Part shown: piece after piece, positions 1 to 8,595 of the stretch
How the letters are laid out: each line of letters begins with the position of its first letter
Numbering within the stretch: position 1 is the stretch's first letter
Assembly (NCBI RefSeq): GCF_000022265.1
Contig: NC_011979.1
Span: 300,001-332,000, forward strand
Source of the DNA: Geotalea daltonii FRC-32
GTDB taxonomy: Bacteria > Desulfobacterota > Desulfuromonadia > Geobacterales > Geobacteraceae
DNA: 32,000 bases
Reading direction: 5' to 3'
Translations under genes and position numbers: made by a program
The notes under the pieces: generated by a model
The model's input: only the letters and a program-made list of their open reading frames with translations
Database searches by the model: none
What the model was told of the DNA's origin: nothing

Positions 1-1010
1 TGCTTTCCGGGGGAAGCGGTCAGGCTCCCGCCAGGCAGGCTCTGCGTTATGGCGGCCTCCCCGACTCGGTACCGGCAATGACCATCAACAAGGTGTGCGG
101 CAGCGGCCTGAAAGCGATTATGCTCGGGGCCGATGCAATACGTCTGGGAGACGCCCACGTTGTGCTGGCCGGCGGCATGGAGAACATGTCCCAGGCACCC
201 TATGCCCTGCCCAAGGCGAGGAATGGTTTCCGTATGGGGAACGGTGAAGTGGTTGACCTGATGGTCAATGACGGCCTGTTGGATCCATACAGCGGCAACC
301 ATATGGGGGTCATTGCCGAGGCCAATGCTGCCAAAAACGGCCTGAGCCGTGCCGAGCAGGATGAATTTGCCGTCGCTTCCTATAAAAAAGCTCAAGCAGC
401 GGTTAAAGATGGCGTGTTCAAAGATGAGATAGTGCCAGTGGTGAAAAAGGGGCGCCAGGGGGAGGTGGTGATTGCCGAGGATGAAGAGCCGCTCAAGGGT
501 GATATCGGCAAGCTGCCCGGGCTGCGTGCCGCATTTGCCAAAGAGGGAACCATCACCGCTGGTAACGCATCCACCATCAACGACGGCGCCGGGATAGCCC
601 TGCTGGCATCCGGCGAAGCGGTTAAGAAATACAACCTGAAGCCGAAGGCCCGTTTGCTAGCCTATGCCACCAACAGTATTCATCCCGACCTCTTTACCGA
701 GGCGCCGGTGGGAGCCATTGAAAAAGCATTGGTCAAGGCAGGGCTCAAGGTGGGTGACATCGATCTCTTCGAGCTCAATGAGGCCTTTGCCACCGTGCCG
801 CTTTTGGCTATCAAGAAGCTGGGCATCGATCCTGCCCGGGTCAACGTCAACGGTGGAGCGGTCGCCATCGGCCACCCCCTCGGAGCGAGCGGCGCACGCC
901 TGGCAGCTACCCTTATAAGGGAACTGCACAAGAGGAATGCCCGTTATGGCCTTGCCACCCTTTGCATTGGCGGAGGAGAAGCGGTCGCAGCGATTTTTGA
1001 GCGGGTATAG
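1..1010 (+). CDS. acetyl-CoA C-acetyltransferase (thiolase II), 5'-truncated by the window edge
   Basis: The frame is open from nt 3 and reads [38 protein letters not shown]. It has the acyl-enzyme Cys motif NKVCGSG and the C-terminal thiolase signatures [19 protein letters not shown] and CIGGGEA. Stop at 1008-1010. Confidence 0.95.
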   Translation, partial: LSGGSGQAPARQALRYGGLPDSVPAMTINKVCGSGLKAIMLGADAIRLGDAHVVLAGGMENMSQAPYALPKARNGFRMGNGEVVDLMVNDGLLDPYSGNHMGVIAEANAAKNGLSRAEQDEFAVASYKKAQAAVKDGVFKDEIVPVVKKGRQGEVVIAEDEEPLKGDIGKLPGLRAAFAKEGTITAGNASTINDGAGIALLASGEAVKKYNLKPKARLLAYATNSIHPDLFTEAPVGAIEKALVKAGLKVGDIDLFELNEAFATVPLLAIKKLGIDPARVNVNGGAVAIGHPLGASGARLAATLIRELHKRNARYGLATLCIGGGEAVAAIFERV

Positions 1011-1049
1011 CCCCAGCGCCCGGTTGTGGACAATTGACCCCCTCTCAAT

Positions 1050-1072
1050 CCCCCCTGTTTTTTATAGGGGGG
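1050..1072. other. hairpin CCCCCCT-N9-AGGGGGG in the thiolase-hbd spacer
   Basis: A perfect 7-bp G/C stem with a T-rich 9-nt loop (gttttttat). No U-tract follows, so it is not a canonical terminator. Confidence 0.4.
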
Positions 1073-1130
1073 AAGCGAGCTACGGCGAGCAGGGGGGTGA
1101 CCATTCTGACTATTGCAGAGGGAGACGAAC

Positions 1131-1976
1131 ATGATCAAGAAAGTAGGCGTTTTGGGTGCGGGGCAGATGGGGAGCGGTATCGCCCATGTCCTTGCGGTAC
1201 AGGAGATAGAGGTAGTCCTTTTCGATATCGCAGAGGATCAACTTGCCAAGGCAGTTGCCGGCATCGAGAAGAACCTGGAACGCCAGGCAAAAAAAGGGGA
1301 AGTGGACAGCGCTTCCATCCCGGCCATTCTCAAACGGATCCATACCACCAAGGTCATGGGAGACCTGTCCGACTGCGACATGGCCATTGAAGCGGTGACC
1401 GAGCGGGAAACCCTCAAGCTGGATATCTTCCGCCAGCTGGACGGCATTGTCAAAAAGGGGGCGATCCTTGCTTCCAACACCTCCTCCATTCCCATTACCC
1501 GTATCGCTGCCGTTACCGGCCGTCCCGACAAAGTGATCGGCATGCATTTCATGAACCCGGTACCGGTGATGAAACTGGTGGAGGTGATCCGCGGCCTGGC
1601 CACCAGCGACGAGACTTTCGATGCTACCGCCGCCCTGGTAGCCAAACTGGGTAAAGAAATGGCGGTTTCAGCCGATTACCCCGGGTTCATCGTCAACCGC
1701 ATCCTCATTCCCATGATCAACGAGGCAGCCTTTGCCCTTTTCGAGGGAGTCGCCACCGTCGAAGATATCGACAAGGCCATGAAGCTCGGCACCAATCAGC
1801 CCATGGGCCCCCTGACCCTGGCCGATTTCATCGGCCTCGACACCTGTCTGGCCATCATGAATGTGCTCTATGAAGGTTTTAAGGATACGAAATATCGCCC
1901 CTGTCCACTGCTGGTGAAAATGGTTGAAGCCGGCTACCTGGGCAAGAAGGCGGGGCGCGGCTTTTACACATATTGA
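1131..1976 (+). CDS. hbd: 3-hydroxybutyryl-CoA dehydrogenase (NAD-dependent 3-hydroxyacyl-CoA dehydrogenase)
   Basis: MIKKVGVLGAGQMGSGIA is a Rossmann GxGxxG motif. The C-terminal region MKLGTNQPMGPLTLADFIGLDT...GKKAGRGFY is typical of Hbd. I prefer the ATG at 1131, preceded by GAGGGAGA, over the track start at 1113. Confidence 0.93.
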   Translation: MIKKVGVLGAGQMGSGIAHVLAVQEIEVVLFDIAEDQLAKAVAGIEKNLERQAKKGEVDSASIPAILKRIHTTKVMGDLSDCDMAIEAVTERETLKLDIFRQLDGIVKKGAILASNTSSIPITRIAAVTGRPDKVIGMHFMNPVPVMKLVEVIRGLATSDETFDATAALVAKLGKEMAVSADYPGFIVNRILIPMINEAAFALFEGVATVEDIDKAMKLGTNQPMGPLTLADFIGLDTCLAIMNVLYEGFKDTKYRPCPLLVKMVEAGYLGKKAGRGFYTY

Positions 1977-2013
1977 TAGAATCGCATGGGCGAAAATCGC
2001 TATTTGCCGGATC

Positions 2014-2038
2014 GTAGGGGCGAATCTTGTATTCGCCC
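2014..2038 (+). repeat. REP-like element: GTAG tetranucleotide plus an 8-bp-stem hairpin
   Basis: The sequence is GTAG-GGGCGAAT-cttgt-ATTCGCCC, with perfect stem complementarity. Confidence 0.6.
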
Positions 2039-2095
2039 GAACCAAGGCGGGTTACATTCGCCCAATCCCAAGGCGATCATGATCGGATAAACCTA

Positions 2096-2120
2096 GGGCG
2101 ATCACAAGGATCGCCCCTAC
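2096..2120 (-). repeat. REP-like element, inverted copy of the one at 2014
   Basis: On the minus strand it reads GTAG-GGGCGATC-cttgt-GATCGCCC. GTAG, the GGGCG stem base and the loop match the first copy. The distal stem bases differ on both arms (AT/AT versus TC/GA), so pairing is kept. A perfect 12-bp palindrome CGATCATGATCG (2074-2085) lies between the copies. Confidence 0.6.
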
Positions 2121-2130
2121 GGGGGAATTC

Positions 2131-2913
2131 ATGGAATACAGAAATCTGCTTATTGAAAAACATGGCGCAGTAGCGGCCCTGACAGTCAACCGGCCAACGG
2201 TGCTCAACAGCCTGAACAGCGCCGTGCTGGATGAACTGCTCGCTGCCTTTAGCTCACTGGGCCAGGATGAGGGTGTCAGGGCGATAGTCCTTACCGGCAG
2301 CGGTGAGAAGGCCTTTGTTGCAGGGGCAGACATCGCGGAAATGGCTGATCTGTCCGCCATGCAGGCACAGGAATTCTCCCGGAAGGGGCAGCAGCTGGTC
2401 AACCTGATCGGCCGGCTGGCCAAGCCGGTCATAGCAGCCGTCAACGGCTTTGCCTTGGGTGGCGGGCTGGAGATGGTACTGGCCTGCGACTTTGCCTATG
2501 CCTCGGAAAATGCCAAGCTTGGCCTTCCTGAGGTGACGCTTGGCATCATCCCCGGATTTGGTGGCACCCAAAAGCTCGCCCGGCTCATCGGCCGCAGCCG
2601 TGCCAACGAGCTGATCTTCACCGGCAGGATGCTCACCGCAGCCGAGGCAAAGGACTGGGGCGTTGTCAATGCAGTGTTTCCGGGCGGGGAACTGGTTGCC
2701 AAGGCCATGGAAACTGCCGCCAAAATAGCGGCCAACGGTCAGCTCGGTGTGGCCCATGCCAAGGATGCCGTCAAAAGCGGCCTGGATATGGCAGAAGCAG
2801 ACGGAATGAATTACGAATCGGTTCACTTCGGCGCACTTTTCTCTACTGCAGACCAAAGGGAAGGGATGCGGGCGTTTCTTGAGAAGAGAAAGCCGGTGTT
2901 TTCCGGCAGATGA
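2131..2913 (+). CDS. crt: enoyl-CoA hydratase (crotonase family)
   Basis: 260 aa. The crotonase-fold motifs are VLTGSGEKAFVAGADI and AAVNGFALGGGLEMVLACDF. It ends with EGMRAFLEKRKP. Confidence 0.9.
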   Translation: MEYRNLLIEKHGAVAALTVNRPTVLNSLNSAVLDELLAAFSSLGQDEGVRAIVLTGSGEKAFVAGADIAEMADLSAMQAQEFSRKGQQLVNLIGRLAKPVIAAVNGFALGGGLEMVLACDFAYASENAKLGLPEVTLGIIPGFGGTQKLARLIGRSRANELIFTGRMLTAAEAKDWGVVNAVFPGGELVAKAMETAAKIAANGQLGVAHAKDAVKSGLDMAEADGMNYESVHFGALFSTADQREGMRAFLEKRKPVFSGR

Positions 2914-2946
2914 GCAGCATAGACAGGAACTAATTGGGGAAAAGCT

Positions 2947-4935
2947 ATGGAAGCGACACGCGAATTATACTGGAATATAGGCCATGGGGCACTTGTACTG
3001 TTGCCCATGTACCTCTTTACTTTTGTTGCCCTGGGACTTTTGGTCAAAAGCGGCCTGAAGCGGCTTGATATCTATCGTCAGGGAAAACCCCTGGATCGAT
3101 TCGGCAACAGGGGCGAGCGCATCGCCAATCTCCTGAAGAATGTCTTTCTGCAGAGCCGGGTGCTGATGGTCAAGGGACCCGGTTATGCCCACGGTCTTTT
3201 CTTCTGGGGCTTCTTCGTCCTCTTTGTCGGCACCATACTCGTGGCCCTCCAGGCCGATTTCACCGACCTCCTCTTTGGCTTCAGGTTCCTGGACGGTGAG
3301 TTCTACAAACTCTTTTCCCTGGCGCTGGATCTGGCCGGTCTTGCCGCCGTCGTCATGCTGGCCGGTCTCTTTGTCCGCCGTTACCTGGTGCGCCCCAAAG
3401 GGCTTGAAACCAGCCGCGACGACGCCATCATGCACGGACTGCTCTTTGCCATCCTCATCACCGGCTTTGTCATCGAAGGGGCGCGGATGGCCGTCAACGA
3501 GCTGCCCAACGACCCGGCCCTGGCGGCATGGTCGCCGGTGGGACTAATGATCGCCAAAGCGCTTGCCGGCATGGGTGAACCATCCCTGCGTGCCCTGCAC
3601 CAGGGGCTGTGGTGGGTCCATTTCTTCCTGGTCATCGGTTTCATCTGCGCCATCCCCTTTACCAAATTCCGGCACATTTTCACCACCGCCGCCAATTACT
3701 TCTTTGCCGACCTTGGTCCCAAGGGGGCGCTGGTGACCCTGGATATGGAAGGTGATGCCGAAAGCTTCGGCACCGCCAACCTTAAAGACCTCACCTGGAA
3801 AGACATCTTCGACACCGATGCCTGCACCAAATGCAAGCGCTGCCAGGACCGCTGCCCAGCCCACAACACTGACAAGCCCCTTTCCCCCATGAAAGTCATC
3901 AATCAGCTGGGAGAAGTGGCTTGCACCAACCCGGAAGCCAACCTTATCGAAACGGTGAGCAAGGATGCCCTCTGGTCCTGCACCACCTGCCGCGCCTGTC
4001 AGGAGATCTGTCCTGCCGCCATAGAGCACGTGGGCAAGGTAGTCGACATGCGTCGCAACATGGTGCTCATGGAAGGTGAATTCCCCGGCGAAGAAGTCAT
4101 GGCCGCCATGGACAACACCGAAGTCAACGGCAACCCCCTGGGGATGGCCATGGCTTCCAGGGGCGACTGGGCCGAAGGGCTGCCGGTTAAAAAGATGGCC
4201 GAAGATGCCGACGTGGATATTCTCTATTTCGTCGGCTGCTACGCCTCCTTCGACAAGCGCAATATCAAGATCGCCACCAGCTTTATTCATCTCTGCGCCG
4301 CTGCCGGCATCAAGGTGGGCATTCTCGGCAAAGAAGAGAAGTGCTGTGGTGAACCCATGCGCAAGATGGGCAATGAATACCTGTACCAGTCCATGGCCGC
4401 CGAAAACATCGAGACTATCAAGGGCTATGGGGTGAAAAAGGTGGTAACCGCCTGTCCCCACTGCTTCAACACCCTGGCCAAGGACTATCGGGATTTGGGC
4501 TTCGATGTGGAGACCGAGCATTACACCGTCTTCCTCAATCGGCTGGTGGAAGAGGGCAAACTGAAGCTCAAAGCAGAAACCTTCGACTGCACCTACCATG
4601 ACTCATGCTATATCGGCCGTTACAACGACCTGTATAAGGAACCGCGGGCGCTCATATCGGCGGCAGGCGGCACCATCCGGGAAATGGACAAAAGCGGCGC
4701 CGAGAGTTTCTGCTGCGGCGCCGGTGGCGGACGGATCATGGCCGAGGAGAAACTGGGGAGCCGGATCAGCGTCAGCAGGGCGAAAATGGCAGCCGGGACC
4801 GGAGCAGGAATGCTGGTATCCAACTGTCCCTTCTGCATGACCATGTTCGAGGACGGTATCAAAGGGGCAGAGCTGGAAGGGCAGCTGGTACCGCGGGATA
4901 TCGGCGAGATACTACTGGAACGGCTGACCCTGTGA
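2947..4935 (+). CDS. membrane-anchored Fe-S oxidoreductase (HdrD/GlpC-like, DUF224-type putative ETF:menaquinone oxidoreductase)
   Basis: 662 aa. The N-terminal ~250 aa are hydrophobic and polytopic. Two ferredoxin-type motifs follow (CTKCKRCQDRCP, CTTCRACQEICP). Two CCG-type Cys-rich segments are present (KCCGEP, FCCGAGGG, CPHC, CPFC). Confidence 0.8.
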   Translation: MEATRELYWNIGHGALVLLPMYLFTFVALGLLVKSGLKRLDIYRQGKPLDRFGNRGERIANLLKNVFLQSRVLMVKGPGYAHGLFFWGFFVLFVGTILVALQADFTDLLFGFRFLDGEFYKLFSLALDLAGLAAVVMLAGLFVRRYLVRPKGLETSRDDAIMHGLLFAILITGFVIEGARMAVNELPNDPALAAWSPVGLMIAKALAGMGEPSLRALHQGLWWVHFFLVIGFICAIPFTKFRHIFTTAANYFFADLGPKGALVTLDMEGDAESFGTANLKDLTWKDIFDTDACTKCKRCQDRCPAHNTDKPLSPMKVINQLGEVACTNPEANLIETVSKDALWSCTTCRACQEICPAAIEHVGKVVDMRRNMVLMEGEFPGEEVMAAMDNTEVNGNPLGMAMASRGDWAEGLPVKKMAEDADVDILYFVGCYASFDKRNIKIATSFIHLCAAAGIKVGILGKEEKCCGEPMRKMGNEYLYQSMAAENIETIKGYGVKKVVTACPHCFNTLAKDYRDLGFDVETEHYTVFLNRLVEEGKLKLKAETFDCTYHDSCYIGRYNDLYKEPRALISAAGGTIREMDKSGAESFCCGAGGGRIMAEEKLGSRISVSRAKMAAGTGAGMLVSNCPFCMTMFEDGIKGAELEGQLVPRDIGEILLERLTL

Positions 4936-4969
4936 AATGAAGCAGTTGTCGTGAAGGACGGAGGGTATC

Positions 4970-5059
4970 ATGTCCATGCGGGAATATGTGAAGCAGTTTC
5001 TTAAGATTGGCGGTACCGTGTGCCATTGTGCTCACGTCCTGTTGCACATTCCGCCATGA
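4970..5059 (+). CDS. hypothetical 29-aa micro-ORF (MSMREYVKQFLKIGGTVCHCAHVLLHIPP)
   Basis: The ATG lies 5 nt after a GGAGGG Shine-Dalgarno-like site, in the 215-nt spacer before sucC. It is too short for the ORF track and has no other support. Confidence 0.2.
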   Translation: MSMREYVKQFLKIGGTVCHCAHVLLHIPP

Positions 5060-5150
5060 AAGATCGCCATGCTGGTTACTGGTCCTACTGTAATGATTAA
5101 AAGCGGGATGCCGCTGATGATGCGAGTTTTACTCGCGGGGAGAGGATTGC

Positions 5151-6317
5151 ATGAATATACATGAGTATCAGGCAAAGGCAATACTGAGGGAATTCGGGGT
5201 GCCCGTTCCGGATGGGCACGTCTGCTACAACGGCGCCAGCGCCCGTGAATGGGCGAAGCGGCTGAGTGAGGGACCCTGGGTAGTCAAGGCCCAGATCCAT
5301 GCAGGTGGCCGTGGCAAGGGGGGCGGTGTCAAGCTGGCCCGCACCGCCGACGAGGTACGAAACACCGCCCGGGACATGCTCGGCATGATCCTGCGCACCC
5401 ACCAGACCGGACCGGAAGGGAAGGTGGTTACCCGGGTCCTGGTGGAAAACGGCTGCAATATCGGTACTGAACTGTACATCAGCCTTCTGGTGGATCGTGC
5501 TACCTCCAAGGTGACGGTCATGGCCTCCACCGAAGGGGGAATGGACATCGAAGAGGTTGCCGCCAAGACACCAGAGAAAATCTTCCGCGAGGCCATCGCC
5601 CCGCTGGTGGGACTTACCCCCTTCCAGTGCCGCAATCTGGCCTTCAGTCTGGGACTTACCGGCAAGCTGACCAACAAGGCGGTCAAGCTGCTGCAGGGGC
5701 TCTACGAAACCTTTATCGGCTGCGACTGCTCTCTGTTGGAGATCAACCCCCTGGTCGTGACCAAGGAAGGGGACCTGCTCTGTCTTGATGCCAAGTTCGG
5801 CTTCGACGACAACGCCGTCTTCAGGCATCCCAAGATCGGCGATATGCGGGATTATGACGAAGAAGACCCCAACGAGGTGGAAGCATCACAGCACGACCTC
5901 TCCTATGTCTCCCTGGCCGGCAACATCGGCTGCCTGGTCAACGGCGCCGGTCTGGCCATGGCCACCATGGACATTATCAAGCATTCCGGCGGCAATCCGG
6001 CCAACTTCCTGGACGTTGGGGGCGGGGCGACCATCGAGCGCGTTACCGAAGCCTTCAAGATCATCCTTTCCGACAAGAACGTCAAAGGCATCCTGGTCAA
6101 CATCTTCGGCGGCATCATGAAATGCGATGTCATTGCCACCGGGGTTATCGAGGCCGCCAAGCAGGTTTCCCTCAAGGTGCCGCTGGTCGTTCGTCTGGAA
6201 GGTACCAATGTGGACAAAGGCAAAGAAATCCTTTCCGCCAGTGGTCTGAATATCATCGCCGCCGACGGCATGGCCGACGCCGCAAATAAAATCGTCCAGG
6301 CCGTGGCAGCTGCCTGA
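5151..6317 (+). CDS. sucC: succinyl-CoA synthetase (ADP-forming), beta subunit
   Basis: [20 protein letters not shown] is the ATP-grasp N-terminus. It also has [18 protein letters not shown] and the C-terminal ligase-CoA domain [10 protein letters not shown]. Confidence 0.93.
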   Translation: MNIHEYQAKAILREFGVPVPDGHVCYNGASAREWAKRLSEGPWVVKAQIHAGGRGKGGGVKLARTADEVRNTARDMLGMILRTHQTGPEGKVVTRVLVENGCNIGTELYISLLVDRATSKVTVMASTEGGMDIEEVAAKTPEKIFREAIAPLVGLTPFQCRNLAFSLGLTGKLTNKAVKLLQGLYETFIGCDCSLLEINPLVVTKEGDLLCLDAKFGFDDNAVFRHPKIGDMRDYDEEDPNEVEASQHDLSYVSLAGNIGCLVNGAGLAMATMDIIKHSGGNPANFLDVGGGATIERVTEAFKIILSDKNVKGILVNIFGGIMKCDVIATGVIEAAKQVSLKVPLVVRLEGTNVDKGKEILSASGLNIIAADGMADAANKIVQAVAAA

Positions 6318-6330
6318 GGGGGGGAGAGCA

Positions 6331-7203
6331 ATGAGCATACTTATCGATAAAAACACCAAGGTAATCACCCAGGGGCTCGGTGCAACCGGACTCTTTCACG
6401 CCAACGGCGCCAGGGATTACGGCACCCAGATGGTCGGGGGAGTCACCCCCGGCAAAGGCGGGACCACCATCGAAGGCTTTCCCGTATTCGACACGGTTAA
6501 AGAAGCCGTCTACAAAACCGGTGCAACCGCTTCGGTGATCTACGTACCGCCGCCATTTGCCGCAGACGCAATCATGGAAGCGGTCGATGCCGGCATAGAT
6601 CTGGTCTGCTGCATCACCGAAGGTATCCCGGTGCTGGACATGGTCAAGGTCAAGCAGTACATGCAGGGGAAAAGGACCAGGCTGGTAGGGCCAAACTGCC
6701 CTGGCGTCATTACCCCCGGCCAGTGCAAGATCGGCATCATGCCAGGCTACATTCACAAGCCCGGTAAGATCGGCGTCGTTTCCCGCAGCGGCACCCTCAC
6801 CTACGAGGCTGTCTGGCAGCTGACCAATGTGGGGCTTGGCCAGTCCACCTGCGTCGGTATCGGCGGCGATCCGGTCAATGGCTCCAGCCATCTGGATGTG
6901 CTGAAGATGTTCGAAGAGGATCCGGGCACCGAGGCGGTGATCATGATCGGCGAAATCGGCGGCACCTCCGAGGAAGAAGGAGCCTACTTCGTCAAGGAGC
7001 ATATGACCAAACCGGTTGCCGCCTACATCGCCGGTGTTACCGCTCCGCCGGGCAAACGTATGGGGCATGCGGGGGCCATCATTTCCGGCGGCAAGGGTAC
7101 GGCAGCCGAGAAGGTGGCAGTACTGGAAGACTGCGGTATCGCCGTAGCGGCCAGCCCGGCAGATATGGCCCAGGCACTGCTGAAGGTTTATAAACCGAAG
7201 TAA
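6331..7203 (+). CDS. sucD: succinyl-CoA synthetase, alpha subunit
   Basis: It has [15 protein letters not shown] and the phosphohistidine loop [11 protein letters not shown]. It starts 13 nt after the sucC stop with a GAGGGGGGGAG SD. Confidence 0.95.
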   Translation: MSILIDKNTKVITQGLGATGLFHANGARDYGTQMVGGVTPGKGGTTIEGFPVFDTVKEAVYKTGATASVIYVPPPFAADAIMEAVDAGIDLVCCITEGIPVLDMVKVKQYMQGKRTRLVGPNCPGVITPGQCKIGIMPGYIHKPGKIGVVSRSGTLTYEAVWQLTNVGLGQSTCVGIGGDPVNGSSHLDVLKMFEEDPGTEAVIMIGEIGGTSEEEGAYFVKEHMTKPVAAYIAGVTAPPGKRMGHAGAIISGGKGTAAEKVAVLEDCGIAVAASPADMAQALLKVYKPK

Positions 7204-7348
7204 TTGAGAAGACAGATAGTTTGTTACAGCATTGCCGAGGAAATGCCGTTTTTCGGGGTGAGGACTGCATTGTTTTGCTGCTGTAACAGGGTCATTGGCC
7301 ATCCCTTGCGGGGTGGCCAGTGGCTCGCAGGTAAAGGAGGTACTTAAA

Positions 7349-7537
7349 ATGGGTCTTTATAAGGAAAATCCGCGGTACAAATGTGTGTCGGCACGGTTGA
7401 GCGATGATGAATGGGAAGACTTGATGATCGTCTGCGGGCAAAAGAGAACAAGCATGTCCGAGTGCATCAGAGAAGCTTTAACAGCACTGTTGATGGAAAA
7501 CGGTTTGAGAGGGGAAAGGGCGGAAACCGCAGGATGA
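7349..7537 (+). CDS. small ribbon-helix-helix (CopG/MobC-like) protein, 62 aa
   Basis: The ATG at 7349 follows AAAGGAGG. The pattern is beta-strand CVSARLS, then helix DDEWEDLMIV, then helix SMSECIREALTALL. It is a paralog of the ORF at 30588-30782. Confidence 0.6.
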   Translation: MGLYKENPRYKCVSARLSDDEWEDLMIVCGQKRTSMSECIREALTALLMENGLRGERAETAG

Positions 7538-7728
7538 GATGGCAATTTGCAGCAAAATCCGGTCAGGGAAATATGCAGAAAAGCAGGAAAACTTTTTCTT
7601 GCTTATAAAATAGTATTATGGTACGAATTTACACATAACGTTGTTTGGTTTTTAAAATCATGCCCGGTCATTAGCGGCTCCGTGACTGCTCGGGCGACGC
7701 TGTTCAATACCAGACTAGGAGTAGCCAC

Positions 7729-8541
7729 ATGCTTGTCATCTCCTGCATCAAACAGGTGCCTGATACTACCCAGGTAAAAATCGATCCGGTGACCAATACT
7801 CTGGTCCGGGAGGGGATTCCCTTCATCATCAACCCTTACGATACCCATGCCCTGGAAGAGAGTCTCAATCTCAAGGATCGTTTTGGTCTTCGTGCCGTGG
7901 CGCTCTCCATGGGACCGCCAAACACCGAGGCTACCCTGAGAAAGGCAGCCGCCCTGGGAGTCGATGAAGCTATTCTCCTTTCCGACCGCGCCTTTGGCGG
8001 AGCTGATACCCTGGCCACCAGCAAGGTTCTTTCTGCGGCCATCGAACGGCTCAATGACCAGGAAGAGGTGGGCATCGTCTTCTGCGGCAAGCAAACCATC
8101 GATGGCGACACAGCCCAGGTCGGGCCCGGCATCGCCACCCGTCTCGGCTTTACCCAGCTGACGCTGGTCGATCGCATCGAGAGTCTGGACCTGGTGAAGA
8201 AAAAAATCCGGGTGCGGCGCAAGCTGGAAGGGCGCCACGAGATCGTGGAAGCTCCCCTGCCGGTGATGATCACCGTGGTCCGAGAGCTGAATCGTCCCCG
8301 TTACCCGACTGTTCCCATGCGGCTCATGGCCCAGGAGACTGAAGTCAAGGTCTGGGACAACTCGATCCTCAAGCTGGATGCAACCACTGTCGGCCTCAAG
8401 GGCTCTCCCACCTGGGTAAGCAAGATCTTCTCCCCGGAACGGGACCAGGGGGAGATCATCGGCGATGGGATAAACGATCCGGTGGGAACGGCGAATCTGC
8501 TCATCGACAAGATGGTGGACAAGGACATGCTGGCGGTCTGA
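7729..8541 (+). CDS. etfB: electron transfer flavoprotein, beta subunit
   Basis: MLVISCIKQVPDT is the ETF-beta N-terminus. It also has GKQTIDGDTAQVGP. An AGGAG SD lies 7 nt upstream. Confidence 0.93.
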   Translation: MLVISCIKQVPDTTQVKIDPVTNTLVREGIPFIINPYDTHALEESLNLKDRFGLRAVALSMGPPNTEATLRKAAALGVDEAILLSDRAFGGADTLATSKVLSAAIERLNDQEEVGIVFCGKQTIDGDTAQVGPGIATRLGFTQLTLVDRIESLDLVKKKIRVRRKLEGRHEIVEAPLPVMITVVRELNRPRYPTVPMRLMAQETEVKVWDNSILKLDATTVGLKGSPTWVSKIFSPERDQGEIIGDGINDPVGTANLLIDKMVDKDMLAV

Positions 8542-8569
8542 GAGTGAGGAGTGAGGAGTGAGGAGTGAG
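8542..8569. repeat. perfect heptanucleotide tandem repeat (GAGTGAG)x4
   Basis: Read directly from the sequence. It starts 1 nt after the etfB stop, in the etfB-etfA spacer, and creates three GAGGAG SD-like sites upstream of the real SD (AAAGGAGGAG, 8579-8588). Confidence 0.95.
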
Positions 8570-8595
8570 GGGAACAGCAAAGGAGGAGTCGGCAA

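Noticed and set aside
3544-4599. 351-aa minus-strand ORF inside the first Fe-S oxidoreductase gene. The same reasoning applies to 5097-5828, 6253-7302, 10636-12039, 17759-19069, 20716-22347 and 26002-26796, all on the minus strand.
   Set aside because: All are antisense to genes with clear family signatures and show the biased G/A/V/H/D composition typical of out-of-phase high-GC frames. None has a recognisable domain.
7296-7309. Sigma-54-like TGGCCATCCCTTGC upstream of the first RHH gene
   Set aside because: The GG and GC elements are separated by 9 nt rather than the near-invariant 10 nt. It is tempting because the paralogous RHH gene has a good sigma-54 promoter, but the spacing argues against function.
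7581-7604. AT-rich 10-bp hairpin (aagcaggaaa-actt-tttcttgctt) after the RHH gene, considered as a terminator
   Set aside because: No downstream U-tract is present and the A/T stem is weak. It was not called.
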